Part shown: piece by piece, positions 51,320 to 63,161 of the stretch
Layout: every line of letters begins with the position of its first letter
Position numbering within the stretch: position 1 is the stretch's first letter
Source: Paraspadella gotoi
Lineage: Eukaryota; Animalia; Chaetognatha
Length of the DNA stretch: 64,000 bases
Direction: 5' to 3'
Assembly: GCA_051294375.1 (NCBI GenBank)
Contig: JBJCIZ010000239.1
Span: forward strand, 3,824,402 to 3,888,401
Notes under the pieces: generated by a model
What the model saw: only the letters and a program-made list of their open reading frames with translations
Database searches by the model: none
Told to the model about the DNA's origin: nothing
Position numbers and translations under genes: made by a program

Positions 51320-54067
51320 AGGAAAAAATATCTGGCATAAATCTCTGTGATCATTTCGTAATTTTTTCTTTATTTTTGCTCGACAGGACAGCGGCGACGT
51401 TGACCCCGCCAATTTGATCCCTCGAAAGGTCTACGTCCGGGTCACCTACGTGGAACCGTTGGCCGAAGAAGAAGGCGACCTCGCTTCCGCCGCCGCTCCA
51501 GCCGCTCCCGCCGCGGCGGCGACAGAGTTCGAACGCAGCTTCGGCGTCGATCGCTTCGTCTTCTCGACTCCCTTCACTCTGGCGGGAAAGCAGCACGGAG
51601 AAGTGGACGAGACGTTCCTGCGGAAGACGATCTTGCGGACGGAGAAGCCTTTTCCGAATATTTTGAGGAGAATCAGGGGAGTTTATTTTGGGGGGGGGGT
51701 GTTGTGGGGGAGGGAGGCAGGGGAGGGGCTTTGGTCGTTGTCGTTGTTGTTGATTAGATGAGGAATAGATTGCGTTGGGTTGAGGATGGGCTGGGAAGGA
51801 TTTTTAAAAGGAAAGGTCCACAAATTGATTCAATACAAAATGGTCAAGTATTTATAGCATACCATCGGATCATTGACCGTCTTCTCATTGGTTGATTCCC
51901 GACGATGATTCATCCAATCGGAGGGTTCTTGGAAGATTTTACTCGAGTCACGGATCCGATTCCATTTTTTGGTTCTGATTCCATCCGAAATGGTAGGATC
52001 ACTCCGAGTCCGGGGTAAGAAAGAACCTTTTAACCTCCACCATTTAAAAAAAAATTGCATTCCGATTTTTAAATAATTGTTGTTTTTTTTTAGAAAACGA
52101 TATCATATCATAAAACGATATCATATCATAAAACGATGATATAATTGGTTTACGTCTTCGTTACAATTAATTTTCTGTACATGCCATTTTTTTTTAAAAA
52201 TCAACATCGTTTAATCGTTATATTGTTTAGCAGAGACAAAAAGCTGCTTCAAAGTTCAATTTGTTAAAAAAAATACTGTCTTAATCTCGATCCTCATCCT
52301 CCTCTTCAATCAATTAATCAATTAATTGATTGATTAATCAGTTTCATTAAATTCGACATTTGATAACAGAGTGAGCGACCGCGAGGACGTCATCTTGACT
52401 CCGATCGAAAAGGGAATCGAAGAAATTCTTCAAAAGACCGAAGAGTTGACCGCGCAAACGAAGCAGCAATCGCCGAGTCCTACAATGCTGCAGTTGGTGC
52501 TGCAGGTGAGAGGATTGTGTGGTATGTGATGCGTATTTTTTTTACTTCAGGTAAAAAACAAAATTAGAGGCTTAGTTGCAGATGAGAGACATGAAGGGTC
52601 TGCGGAGTGATATCGGACTGGTATTTTTACCGATATGAAGATAAATCGTAACTTTTCCAACACGATAGGCTACGTTAATAATCGATTTAAAAACAAAATT
52701 ATACTTTCTAACTTCTCCCAGTTTCTATTAGTCATTACGTATTCTAACGTATTTACATAGCCTCTTTAATTACGTTCATTTTGAAACCGAATAATTCTAG
52801 GTCTAGAACGCCATGATGCTCCAATCGACGCCTTGAGAATATTAATAATTGGCATTTCTCGGGGGCTAATTTTAGCCTCCATTTACTGCACCATCTTTTT
52901 TTCACTTCCAAGCCAAAGTCTTTTGTTTCCAAACTAGGGATGCGTGAGCCCGACGGTTAACCAAGGTCCGCTAGAGATCGCCTCCAAATTCCTCGACGCT
53001 TCGGTGCGGAGCGAGTGGGTGACAAAAGAACATCAGACTCGACTTCGGTCGGCGTTCAGGAGCTTTTCCGAGAAATGCGAAGAAGCCTTGGAATTGAATA
53101 AGACGTTGATCAAGGAAGATCAAAAACCTTTTCAGAAGCAGTTGGAAAAAGATTTCAAGTGAGTTTGTTTTCGGGGTCTGGCCTTATTTTCCAAAAACGC
53201 CCCACAATGTTAGGTTGAAGGTTTGGGTGAGGCTTGGATTAGGTTTGGATTGGGTTAGGGATTGGGCTAGTATTTAAGTTAGATTAGTTTAGTGATTAGG
53301 TTTTGGGATTAGAGTTTGAGGTTAAGGGTTAAAATTTAAAATTAGGCCTAAGTGTTTAGCAGATTAGGGCGAAAGTTTGGGATTAGTATAGAGTTTGAGA
53401 TTAGAGTTAGGGATTAAGATTAAAAAATGAATTCTAAATTTAAAAATATAATAAAGTTAAATATTAAGCTTAAAATTAAATCCTTGGATAAAGAAACAGA
53501 AATGGGACCATCTTGGAAAAGAGAGCCTTAAAATAAATTGAATAGTTAAAAATTCAATCCAACATTTCAAGGAAATTTCTACGAAGCCTTGAGCCTTACC
53601 TGGAAGACTCTCCGGCGCTTCTTGACCACGCCGAGAAATCGGGGTTGATCATTCCGGCGCCGCCTCGATTCGCGGCGTCGTTTTCGGACACGGCGTCGCT
53701 TCCGCCTCTTCCCGATAAAAAGTCATCGTCGTCCGATTCCAAGTCGCCGCCTCTTCCGGCCAAATTATCGGCGTCGGCCGCGCTGGCGGCGCCCGTCGCT
53801 CAGCGCCGGCAAACTCGCGGCGTCTCTCCGCGCGCCTTTGGCCTCGCGGAACCCGCGTCGCCGGCGGATCGGCCGCGCCCACCGGCAGCCGCGGCGTCGT
53901 CCGTCTCTCGGCGGTCTCTGCGGCGGTCCGAACGGCGATCGCCGCGACATTCGCCGCTCGTCCGGGTCATGACTTCGCCGCTGACCTCTGGCAAATCTGA
54001 TTGGGCGAGGGTCGGGTCGAGCGGTGACCAATCAGGGGAAAGGCCGGGGAGGAATTCGGTCGCTTGA
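26641..54067 (+). CDS. DOCK7: Dedicator of cytokinesis, DOCK-C subfamily (DOCK6/7/8, Zizimin-related) Rac/Cdc42 GEF; exons about 26641-27260, 27572-27725, 28098-28316, 29689-29847, 30350-30597, 30853-31047, 31805-32350, ~33036-33209, 34078-34356, 34608-34732, 34946-35045, 41580-41700, 42106-42264, 42416-42613, 43167-~43404, 44359-~44640, 45672-45871, 46587-46975, 47259-47366, 48165-48556, 48969-49354, 49742-50027, 50184-50806, 50990-51200, 51387-51676, 52370-52505, 52938-53158, 53572-54067
   Basis: Motifs colinear with DOCK7: LTENFSFD, YRVPLAWTA, FFKHEGEK; DHR1/C2 (ENVLYATPQ..ARNVAL, FYEEIK..HFLFFSFHHVS, VDGRKPVFKVALRAASSVHTQD); DHR2 (YRSAPDLRL..HAEAALC, YFRVSYFG, VTYVEP, FVFSTPFT, MLQLVLQGCVSPTVNQGPLE). 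No PH domain seen, which favours DOCK-C over DOCK-D. Orthology to one vertebrate paralog is not implied. Several exons carry probable indel errors. Confidence 0.93.
28422..29014. mobile_element. Foldback MITE (593 bp, imperfect palindrome over almost its whole length) with 8-bp TSD GTGCTTAG
   Basis: Ends TAAGGCGTAGT...ACTACGCCTTA; inner arms pair (gcagtaggccat/atggcctactgc, ttcattaagtggg/cccacttaatgaa); gtgcttag at 28414-28421 and 29015-29022. An 8-bp TSD suggests hAT, P or Merlin mobilisation. Confidence 0.85.
29478..29548. repeat. Hairpin with about 30-bp near-perfect arms
   Basis: gtattcacaacgattttttttaatgacagt / actgtcattaaaaaaaatcgttgtgaatac; the right arm and its flank resemble the extra segment at 2255-2340. 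Confidence 0.85.
31070..31560 (+). repeat. Purine-rich 20-21-bp minisatellite (GAGGAAATAAAAGGAAAGGA)n in a DOCK intron
   Basis: More than 20 tandem variants are directly visible. Confidence 0.9.
33511..33725 (+). mobile_element. tRNA-derived SINE-like element followed by a (GTT)n-rich tract
   Basis: A-box-like tgacctagtgg, B-box gggttcgatccc (33578-33589), GC-rich body. A similar B-box segment lies at about 1000-1012. Confidence 0.55.
35560..41500 (-). repeat. Very noisy inverted copy of about 32950-35427 (four DOCK exons), interrupted by a ~2.7-kb AT-rich block (about 37410-40120); probable gap-fill artefact
   Basis: Begins just after the N gap at 35428-35452; for example 37341 attctggagggaaagaaagttattgggg is the reverse complement of 34055-34080, and 41320-41350 mirrors 33085-33115. 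Divergence is indel-dominated. Confidence 0.85.
41687..41872 (+). repeat. 32-bp minisatellite (about 5.8 units) spanning a DOCK exon/intron junction
   Basis: Unit tatttgcggcatcaggtgagcgatgccgagtt; donor-like positions after 41700, 41732, 41764, 41796 and 41828. Confidence 0.92.
47415..47914. repeat. Near-perfect inverted repeat (arms about 47415-47576 and 47755-47914) of telomere-like MITE sequence
   Basis: ttaaattcggaattgaagtttaa...caatgggttta versus taaacccattg...ttaaacttcaattccgaatttaa. Confidence 0.9.
51216..51319 (+). repeat. (TTTC)n microsatellite in a DOCK intron; other simple repeats include (AAAT)n 54110-54245, (ATC)n/(AAT)n 59928-60430, (ATCA)n 61565-61680, GA-rich 44650-45500 and CT-rich 58420-59082
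   Basis: Directly visible. Confidence 0.95.
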
Positions 54068-54149
54068 AAAGTAATGGACTTGGAGGAATGGGAAAGAGAG
54101 AGAAAGAGAGAAATAAACAAATAGAGAAATAAACAAATAAATAAACAAA

Positions 54150-54244
<95 letters not shown>

Positions 54245-56101
54245 AAAATAAAAAAAAAATAAAAAAATAAAAAAAAAAGAAACAAAGAAAAAAATAAAAA
54301 ACGAAGGGTTAAAGAACCAAAAAAAAAAAAATATATATATACACGGAATACTAATTTTGAATTTTGATACTCATTTAAAATTGTTTTGTTTTACCTAATT
54401 CATTTCAAATTATGGTGATTTTTTATTTTTTGCATACAAATAAAGCCAATTTGTAATATTCAACTTTATTTTTTATAAAAATTTATCATGTAGTACTATA
54501 TGTAAGAAGCAAGTGGCTGTTTTTAATACAAAAACAAAACAACGAGAAATTGGAGAAGAAAAAAAGAAACAAAAAAAAGGAAAGAGAAAAAGAAAACAAG
54601 AAAAAAAAGGCTCAATCACACACTTTCCTACCCACATTCAAAATTTCAAGTTAATCGCCTCATCCATTCATGAGTAATTGGCTTTCAAAGTTAAGTGGGG
54701 GCGGACGGACAGACAGACTGACAGACAGACATCAATATTTCTGAATCATTTATCATAATTTGATATTCTGTCATGATCTGTCATGATCATGATTTTGGGG
54801 TGGGATCGACAGACCGACAAAGTGAATTATAGAGCCGGAATCTGCTGTAAGCTTTTAAATATATATAAATATTTATAAATGTTTTTTTGTATTTCAACGG
54901 AAACTACTTTCTGAACTGCTTTGCCACTAGGTCAGGCGAATTTCCAAACTTGCGAATCGAGAAAGAAAAAAAAAGTTTGCATTTTGAATACAGGAAAAAA
55001 AAATCATTGAATTATGAAATTTAAAATTAGTTTAAATTGTACAACATACTTATTGTTTTCTGTTTTACAAAAAGAAAAAAAAGTTTATTTACACTCGTAG
55101 CAAAAAAACTTAGCATCGAAGAGACGTTCCGAGCACTTTGAGAAAGATATTCTTTAATTATTGATAAATTATAGATAAATCCGACGATTGTTCCTTTTTT
55201 TTTTTTGCCAATTTATAGAAAAAGATCTTGCAAAACAGAACCCATGTCGCGCCGCATTAACCTCGACCCAGGAACAAGGAACTATCAGACACCAGAGTAA
55301 CTGGTGAACTATCAGCATTGACAGCTCAATTCCAATGCTGATAAGCTCGTGTTATTCCAGCGGATACCCTCGGGTTAACAATAAGGCACCGAAATGAGTC
55401 GAGGAAATGACAGCATCCAAGAGCCCCAGGTTCCCGGTGGCAGGATTACAGGAGGGCGCCGGACCTCCCGCCTGATAGTAAGGGCATTTAATGGATAACA
55501 AATTCTTTAAGAATATGATAAAGATCAAGTGATTGTAGGTTAAAAACAAAAAACCTATATTAGACATAATTATTACGTAATTTCATTATTATTATTATTA
55601 ACATTATTAAATTTTTATTACTACATTATTAAATGTTAAAATGTAAAGCCGAAAACAAAACAATTTGACGCAACAAAACGAAGATATTTTTATATCCCCG
55701 GCTCAAACTCGAAAAAAGATCAATACCCGACAAAGAACAAAGACCACAGGATAAACAAAACAAAAATAACTGAATATAACAGGGCCCTATTTTCCAAAAG
55801 CGCCCTTATTGAGCTTAAATTCATAATTCATAACAAAAGTATATTTACGGTTCGGATAAATATTATTTCAGTATTATATTTATTTTACAGTATGTCCTGA
55901 TCCAAATTGTACATTAAAAAGCTTATAGTTAATATTAAATTAACATCAGCCAAATTTGTCTTTTTTAATAATCAGATGCAAAGATCATAATAAAAAAATA
56001 ATCAATTGAACAAAAATAATAACGACAAAAACAACAACAACAACAACAATTCCCTACATTTACAACATCAGAAACGACAATGAAAAAAAAAATCATTCAA
56101 A

Positions 56102-57759
56102 TTAACCATCTTCTTTCTTGCTACACTCGCATCGATTGTTAATCAGCAAATCCACTGGAGTGACTCCACTCGCGTCCCTTTTGTTCGGATTCGCTCCATT
56201 CGACAAGAGGAGCAGCACGCAGTCGAGCCTCGCGCCCTCTGACGCCGAGTGGAGCGGCGTCGCGCCGGCGGCGTCGCTCGCGTGAACGGAGGCGCCAAAG
56301 GCTGAAAAAAGTAGGGTGTTTAAAAAATTGAGGCGAGTATTAAATTTTTTTTTTTTCAATTGTTTTTGGCTTAATAACAGAAAGTATTAGTCGTCAAGCA
56401 CAAGAAAGTGTACCAACGCCGACGGAGAGCCCGAAGAGTCGAGGACGAATGCACGCGAAACGCCCATGCGGCTATAACATTCGTGTGTTCGCCTCTGCTG
56501 CTCTCGACGCGCCGTCCTTCGTCTCTCGCAGGCTCGTCTCTCTCCTCTCTCTCTCTTCTCTCTCTCTCGTTCTGCTCTGCTCTCTCTCCACAACCCTCTC
56601 TCAAATGAAGAATGGAGGCAGACGGCCGAAAAAGGCCGCAAAATTCCTCTTACCGGCGGCAAAGTGCAGAGGGCGTTTTCCTTCAGAGTTTTGCGCTTCG
56701 ATATTGGCGCCCAATTTTAGGAGGAAAACCACCATCTTGGGGTGGTCGTGCCTGATTTTTAGGGGCGGGGAAGGGGGTTTTATAAAGTTGGGCGGTTGGT
56801 GACAAAAGTTAAAAAGAGAAAAAATAAAAAAAAGAAATTGTTATAAGTAATATGCAGAAAACTTTTTTTTAAAAATCGTTATTATCGGTATAGTTTTTTA
56901 CATTTTTGAAAAATTGTATTTAAAAAAAAATTAGAAAAGTAAGTTATAAACTTCCTTGTATAAACTTCTTGCGAAAAGAAATTAAAATCCGGAAATAAAT
57001 CTTTAAAATTCTTATTTTAAAAATTTACCGAATGACTTCCCACCATTTAGCGAGCCGGTTTTTTGAAAAATTATAAATTTAAATTGTGTACACGATCAAT
57101 CCGTTTCCTGAGATGATACGCTATACAAAATACGATGATACAAAATTAAAAATTTTATTTTTAAATTTTATTGTTAGTTTCAATTTTATTTTTTTCTTTA
57201 CCGTAAACTATTTCAAACTTTGCTCCATCACTCACCACACGGCCAGATGCAGCGGAGTCTCTCCTCCATCCGTCCGATCGTTCAATTTCCCTCCGGCGTC
57301 GACCAACGACGCCATCGCGCGGCGCCGACCCCACAGCGCCGATTCGTGGGTCGGCGCGAGGCTGTATGTATGACATACATTGTATTTTGTGTGTGTGTTT
57401 GAAGGGGGGAGGGGTCAGTGGGTGTGATTAAGAATCTTAGGAAAGATATAAAGACTACCGTATTAATTCCTTTTCCCTCTTCATGCGAAATTGGTACAAC
57501 CAATATAAAAAATTTATCCATTCGTTTAATAAATAAGCTATCTTGTCCCTGAATTTGGACAGGCTTCGGTGGTTTGAGGCCTCGGTCACTCTTGCAAGAT
57601 TTTGGGCACCACAGGTCCCCGTAGCAGGTCCCTCATTATATATCGTGATGTTTTTTAGAATCAATATATATTTTTATTGAGATTTTATTCGAAATAAAAA
57701 AAAGTCATTAAAACAATAAACTATTATCTACTATCCGTAACTTCCCTAACCTCTCAGGA

Positions 57760-57797
<38 letters not shown>

Positions 57798-58532
57798 GAA
57801 GAGAAGAGAGAGAGAGAGAGAGAGAGACTGACCCCATGCGCGCTGCGACGGCGCGGGTCGGCGCCTCGACGAAGGAGCAGCTCTGCAGCCTGAAGATCAA
57901 AAGAGAACAAAAGGAGATTGAACGACGACGACGATAACGACGACGACGACAACGACAAAAACCGCTACAATCTAAACAAAAACAACAAAAACAATAAACA
58001 ATCAAAACCAAAACAACCAAAATAACCAAAACAACAAACAAAAACCGGCAAAACAACAGCAACAAAAAAATAACCTCAATCAAAATCATCAAAAGTAACA
58101 ATAACAAAAAGAATCATAACAAAAACAACAGACAAAAACAAACCCAACCAAAACAACAAAAACATCTAAAACAACAATAACAAAAACAATCAAAACAAAA
58201 ACAAAAACCACAACAACAACAGCAACAACTTCCGATATACCTGGCGCCTTCCCTTCTCCACGGCGACGTGCAGCGCCGATCTTCCCAAAAAAGCGCCGGT
58301 GATGTTGACGAGACTCGGGTCTGCATTCAGTTGGCGCCGCATCTTGGAATGGCAAAGGATGACTAGTGTTTTTTATATATTTTTATTGTTTATTCTCATT
58401 TTAATTTCTCTCGCCTCATCTGTTTGTGTGTGTCTCTCTCTCTCTCTCTCTCATCTCTCTTTTTTTTTCCTTTTTGTGTGTCTGTCTTTATGTCTGTCTG
58501 TCTTTCTGTCTCTGTATATTTGTCTCTCTCTC

Positions 58533-58571
<39 letters not shown>

Positions 58572-58780
58572 CTCTCTCTCTCTCTCTTTTTTTTCTTTTT
58601 GTGTGTTCTTCTTTATGTTTGTCTGTCTTTCTGTCACTGTATATGTCTCTCTCTCTCTTCTCTCTCTCTCTCTCTCTCTCATCTGCTCTATCTCTCTCTC
58701 TCTCTCTTTTTTTTCCTTTTTGTGTGTCTGTCTTTATGTCTGTCTGTCTTTCTGTCTCTGTATATGTCTCTCTCTCTCTA

Positions 58781-58812
<32 letters not shown>

Positions 58813-58877
58813 TCGTTTTTTTTCCTATTTTTGTGTGTCTGTCTTTATGTCTGTCTGTCTTTCTGTCTCTGTATATG

Positions 58878-58926
<49 letters not shown>

Positions 58927-59008
58927 CTCTCTTCTATCTCTCTTTCTCTCTGCTTCTTTTTTTTCTTTTGTGTGTCTCTCTTTATGTTTGTCTGTCTTTC
59001 TGTCTCTG

Positions 59009-59085
<77 letters not shown>

Positions 59086-59224
59086 CCTCCGCCAAAGTTC
59101 CTTCCGCGACAATTTTCAAAAACGGATGTTGCGATGGAAAATTCCCGCCGGCGACGACGACGACGACGACGAAGACGACGGCGAAGCATCGATTCGTTAA
59201 TCTAAATTTCGTTGTTGTTGTCAT
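56102..59224 (-). CDS. Ankyrin-repeat protein (about 4 repeats) with a signal-peptide-like N-terminus; exons 59224-59087, 58342-58241, 57889-57833, 57361-57236, ~56471-56414, 56301-56107/56102 (possible last exon 55769-55720)
   Basis: GRSALHVAVEKGRRQAAELLLRRGADP, LAPTHESALWGRRRAMASLVDAGG, GETPLHLAV, GATPLHSASEGARLDCVLLLLSNGANPNKRDASGVTPVDL; GT-AG boundaries. Two junctions need a 1-bp correction. Confidence 0.85.
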
Positions 59225-59927
59225 CGTTGTTGTCGTCGTTGAAAAAAAATAGGCCTTATTTTCCCAAAACGCCCCATTTTATCTTAAATTCGGAATTAAG
59301 TAAATTTTTTTTTAAAATTAAGTTACAGGTTATGGTTAGAAATTAGGGAAACGGGTTATGGTTTGAGATTAATTTATGGTTTGGGATTAGAGTAAGAGAT
59401 TAATATTAAGGATCTGCTTTTTTTTTGAAAAGCATTACTTTTATTTTTACTTCTCATGTCATTTATTCCTTATAGTTTAAAAGATTTCTTTATTAGTGGA
59501 AAAGACAAAAATTTTTTCTTCTTTTTTTTTATAGAATAATTCACTAAGATTTTTTTAAAAACAAAAGGTGGCGCGAGTAGTCGCTTAGATTTGATTTTTA
59601 ACAAAAAATCAACAAACTATAGGCAAGTTATAAGCGTTTTTAACGTAAGTGGGACAGACCGGGGGACAGACATACCGATGGACCGATGGACCAATTGACC
59701 GACGAACCGACTGACCAAAAAAGTTAGTTGCTCCACGAATACTTGCGGCGTAACTAAAAAAACCAAATGGGGCGCTTTCGGAAAAGAGAGCCTGATAGTT
59801 TGGTAGCTGGGAATGATATACGCAATAAAAAGTTTGTGGACTTTTTGAATCCTTTGGCAAAAATTGAAGAAAATCTAAATTCTTTTAATTCGTGAGATGT
59901 CATCGTAATGTTTTCGTCGTTTTTGTT

Positions 59928-59964
<37 letters not shown>

Positions 59965-60068
59965 GATTCATCACCATCAACGTTATGGTCTTCATCATCA
60001 TCATTGTCATCATCATTATCTTCAACTCTTTTATCGTCATCGATGTTATTGTCATCATCATCATCACC

Positions 60069-60102
<34 letters not shown>

Positions 60103-61566
60103 GATAAAATAATAATAATAAATAATTAAAAATATAAATAAATAAAAATAATAATTAATAGAAAAATATAAATATAAAAGTAAAAAAATATAAGAATAAT
60201 AATAATATAAAGTTAAATAAGAAATTAAAATAAATAAAAATAATAATATTATTATAATATAAAATAAATAATAAAATATAATAATATAAGTTAAATACTC
60301 ATAAGATAAAATAAAAAATAATATAAAAAAATTTATAATAACTAATAATAAAATAATAATAAATTAAAATAATAAAATAAATAATATTATAATACAAATA
60401 AATAAAATAATAAAAATAAATAATAATAAGTACAAACTAATCACGACTTATCAATTCAAAATATTCTTTCTAAGAACGTTATTTGCACAATTTCAGATTT
60501 CTTCCTTAAATTTCGTTCAATTTTACTTATGTTTCAAAAAACTAAAGATGTTCTCGAGTATCTTTCTTTCTAAATTAAACAGTTACATCTCGGTTTCTAT
60601 TATAAACATTAAATCACGGATTTTTTCAATTGAGTTTGATCTAATTTTTTCCTCCTCTCTCACTCTCTCTCTTCTCATCTCTCTCTCTCTCTCTATCCTC
60701 TTCCTAATTCTCTAAGTTTCTTCTCCCTCTCTCTCCCTTGTTTAATTCTCTCTCTCTCCTCCCCTTTCTCCTCATTCTCTCTCTCTCCTCTCTCTCTCTC
60801 TCTTCTCTCTTTTCTCTCTCTCTCTCTCTCTCCTCTATCCTTTAATTCTTTTCTTCTTTTCCCATTCTCTTCTCCCTCTTCTCCTCTTCCCCCTCTCTCA
60901 TTTCTCTCTTTTCTTCTGCAATCTACCTCCTACTATTTAACTATCTAACTAACTCGCCTTCTATATTTCAACTTTCCTCTCCCTCTCCCTCTCTCCCCTC
61001 TCTCCTCTCTCTCTTCTCTCTCTCTCATCTCCCTTCCTCCGTTTCGCCCTTCGTTAACAACCATAAATAACTCACCAAAAAAAAAAAAAAAAAAAAAAGA
61101 ATCAAAATGAAAACAATACGGCAGGGTGATTAGTACGTCGTCCTTCCGATAGGTGGCTGCATTTTTACTTTTACTCTCTTTTGTTTGATTTCGAGAAAGA
61201 AAGATTCACGATCTGAGTTTATGAGGTCGGTCGGTCAGTCTGTCGGTCGGTCACACGGGGGTTCTCTCTCTGACTTAGCTTTAAAAATAGAAGATTACTA
61301 TAAATGAAGAAGCCAATAGTTCTTTTCTTATATTCTCATATCGGAAGATGTGGAATGACGTCAATATTGTAAATTCTAAGTATCGTTTTAATTGGACCTC
61401 TCTTATCGTGGAGAAAACTCAAAAGAATCATAAAAATTTCTCCCTTCTTTTTCAACATGTTTGCCTTTTATTATTTTCGCCATTTTTGACTGCCGCTTAC
61501 GAATTTATGAATCCGGTGGCTAATTTTTTCTCTTAAAGTAACAGGAACAATCACTCAATCAATTAC

Positions 61567-61615
<49 letters not shown>

Positions 61616-63161
61616 CAATCATTCAATCATTCAATCAATCAATAAATCAATAATTAATCAATCAATCAATCAATCAATAAATAAATCGTGTTTGTAAATT
61701 TAAGTTTGTAAACTTTCCTGTTTATTTTTATTTCTATAGTAAAAAAATTGGTTTCAAGATTCTTCAAAAGGGGTGGAATTTTGATGGGTTTGCTACAATT
61801 ACTCAGGTCAGGTCTGATTAAAGCTAAATTTGAGATTTACAATATTGACGTCATTTCACTTCTTCCGATGTAAAAATTTAATAAGGAAAACCGCTGGCTT
61901 CTTTTGATAAAGCATCCATAATGGAAATTTTAAAATTCAAAATATTCAATTTAAAATTCAAAATATTCAGGAATCAAGAGAGAATTTTTGATAGAATAAT
62001 GTCAACAGCCACAACGGTGGCTTTCCAATGAGAAGAAATGAAGACATAAATAAAGACATACCCCTTGGTCAAGAGATGGCAAGGTGAGATGACGTCAGAG
62101 GTCGAACTTTAGAAAATGTTGGTAAATGTCAAAAAATGGGAGATCGGGAAATTAGGGGTGGATAATGGATCAAAGTGAAAGAAAGAGTTTGAAAAGATAA
62201 TGTCTAACATACCCTGTTCAAAGTCAGGGACATAATTGCTTTTTTTTTTTGGAACGAATGGATAATTTTTAATATGGTTGTACCCATTTAAAAGCAAGGG
62301 AAGCCAGGTATACTGGGAGTTAAAAAGCTAAACTTGAGTGAGTCTTTATTCCAGGGTCTTGTGACGTTATTTACTTGCTATAAAATGACAGTAACGGTAA
62401 AAAAAAAAGATTTAAAGTTGAGGAGTGACTGATTTCCCACGAAGATGAACTTTGCCTATAATCATTTTCTGCTATTGACTGGAGAGAAATGTTCGTCTCG
62501 AATCTCGACCCTAAAAAAATGCCCTTTCAAACAGGCTCTGAAAGAAATGTCAAATATCGATGTATTATCGATTATCACCTATGCAGTGGATTGTATTTTT
62601 AGCAGTAGCTACCAGTAAATATGCTACACTCATTTTGTTTTCCCATAGACAGAGTGGTGGGCTGACGTATAAACTATCAGAGAGAATAATTTAATTACAA
62701 ATGGAATGAGAGATGATTCGATTGACAAGCAGATGGACTGTTAGATTAATTGAATGATAGACAGACAGTGAGCAATGAACTGATTGACTGTCAAACAGAT
62801 CAATGTAATATCAAACAGATCTATAGTGGGGCATTAAAGGACATTTACTCTGCCTATACACTTTAATTATTCAGTTGTGTCCCAGTAACTCAAGAACATA
62901 AGTCAAAACTAAAAGGTACTAGAATCATTTTAAGAAAGAAAGTGTAAAGATGGCCGTAAACCCCTTTGAGACATGGTAAACCCTCAAGCCTGTTTTCAAG
63001 CCCAGGAAAAGTATAATGTAATGACAGATAGACAGTCAGAACAACGTATTGTCACATGGACTGTCAAAAAAACTATCAAAAAACTGTCATAAAATTTATC
63101 TTCATCATTTTCTATTATATTTATTGTATAGTAACCTTTTGCTTTCTTCAGTTTGCAGAGA

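Noticed and set aside
26641-54067. Assignment to DOCK-D (DOCK9/10/11)
   Set aside because: No PH domain seen; APDLRL, HAEAA, MLQLVLQG and TVNQGP match DOCK6/7/8 better.
55337-55405. CTGATAA...GAAA...GTC hammerhead-like spacing
   Set aside because: G8 is missing and there is no stem I pairing.
58299-59252. Long ORFs of 258-317 aa, and similar ones at 19083, 31014, 31123, 36189 and 44846
   Set aside because: Translations of (CT)n/(GA)n micro- and minisatellites that lack stops by composition.
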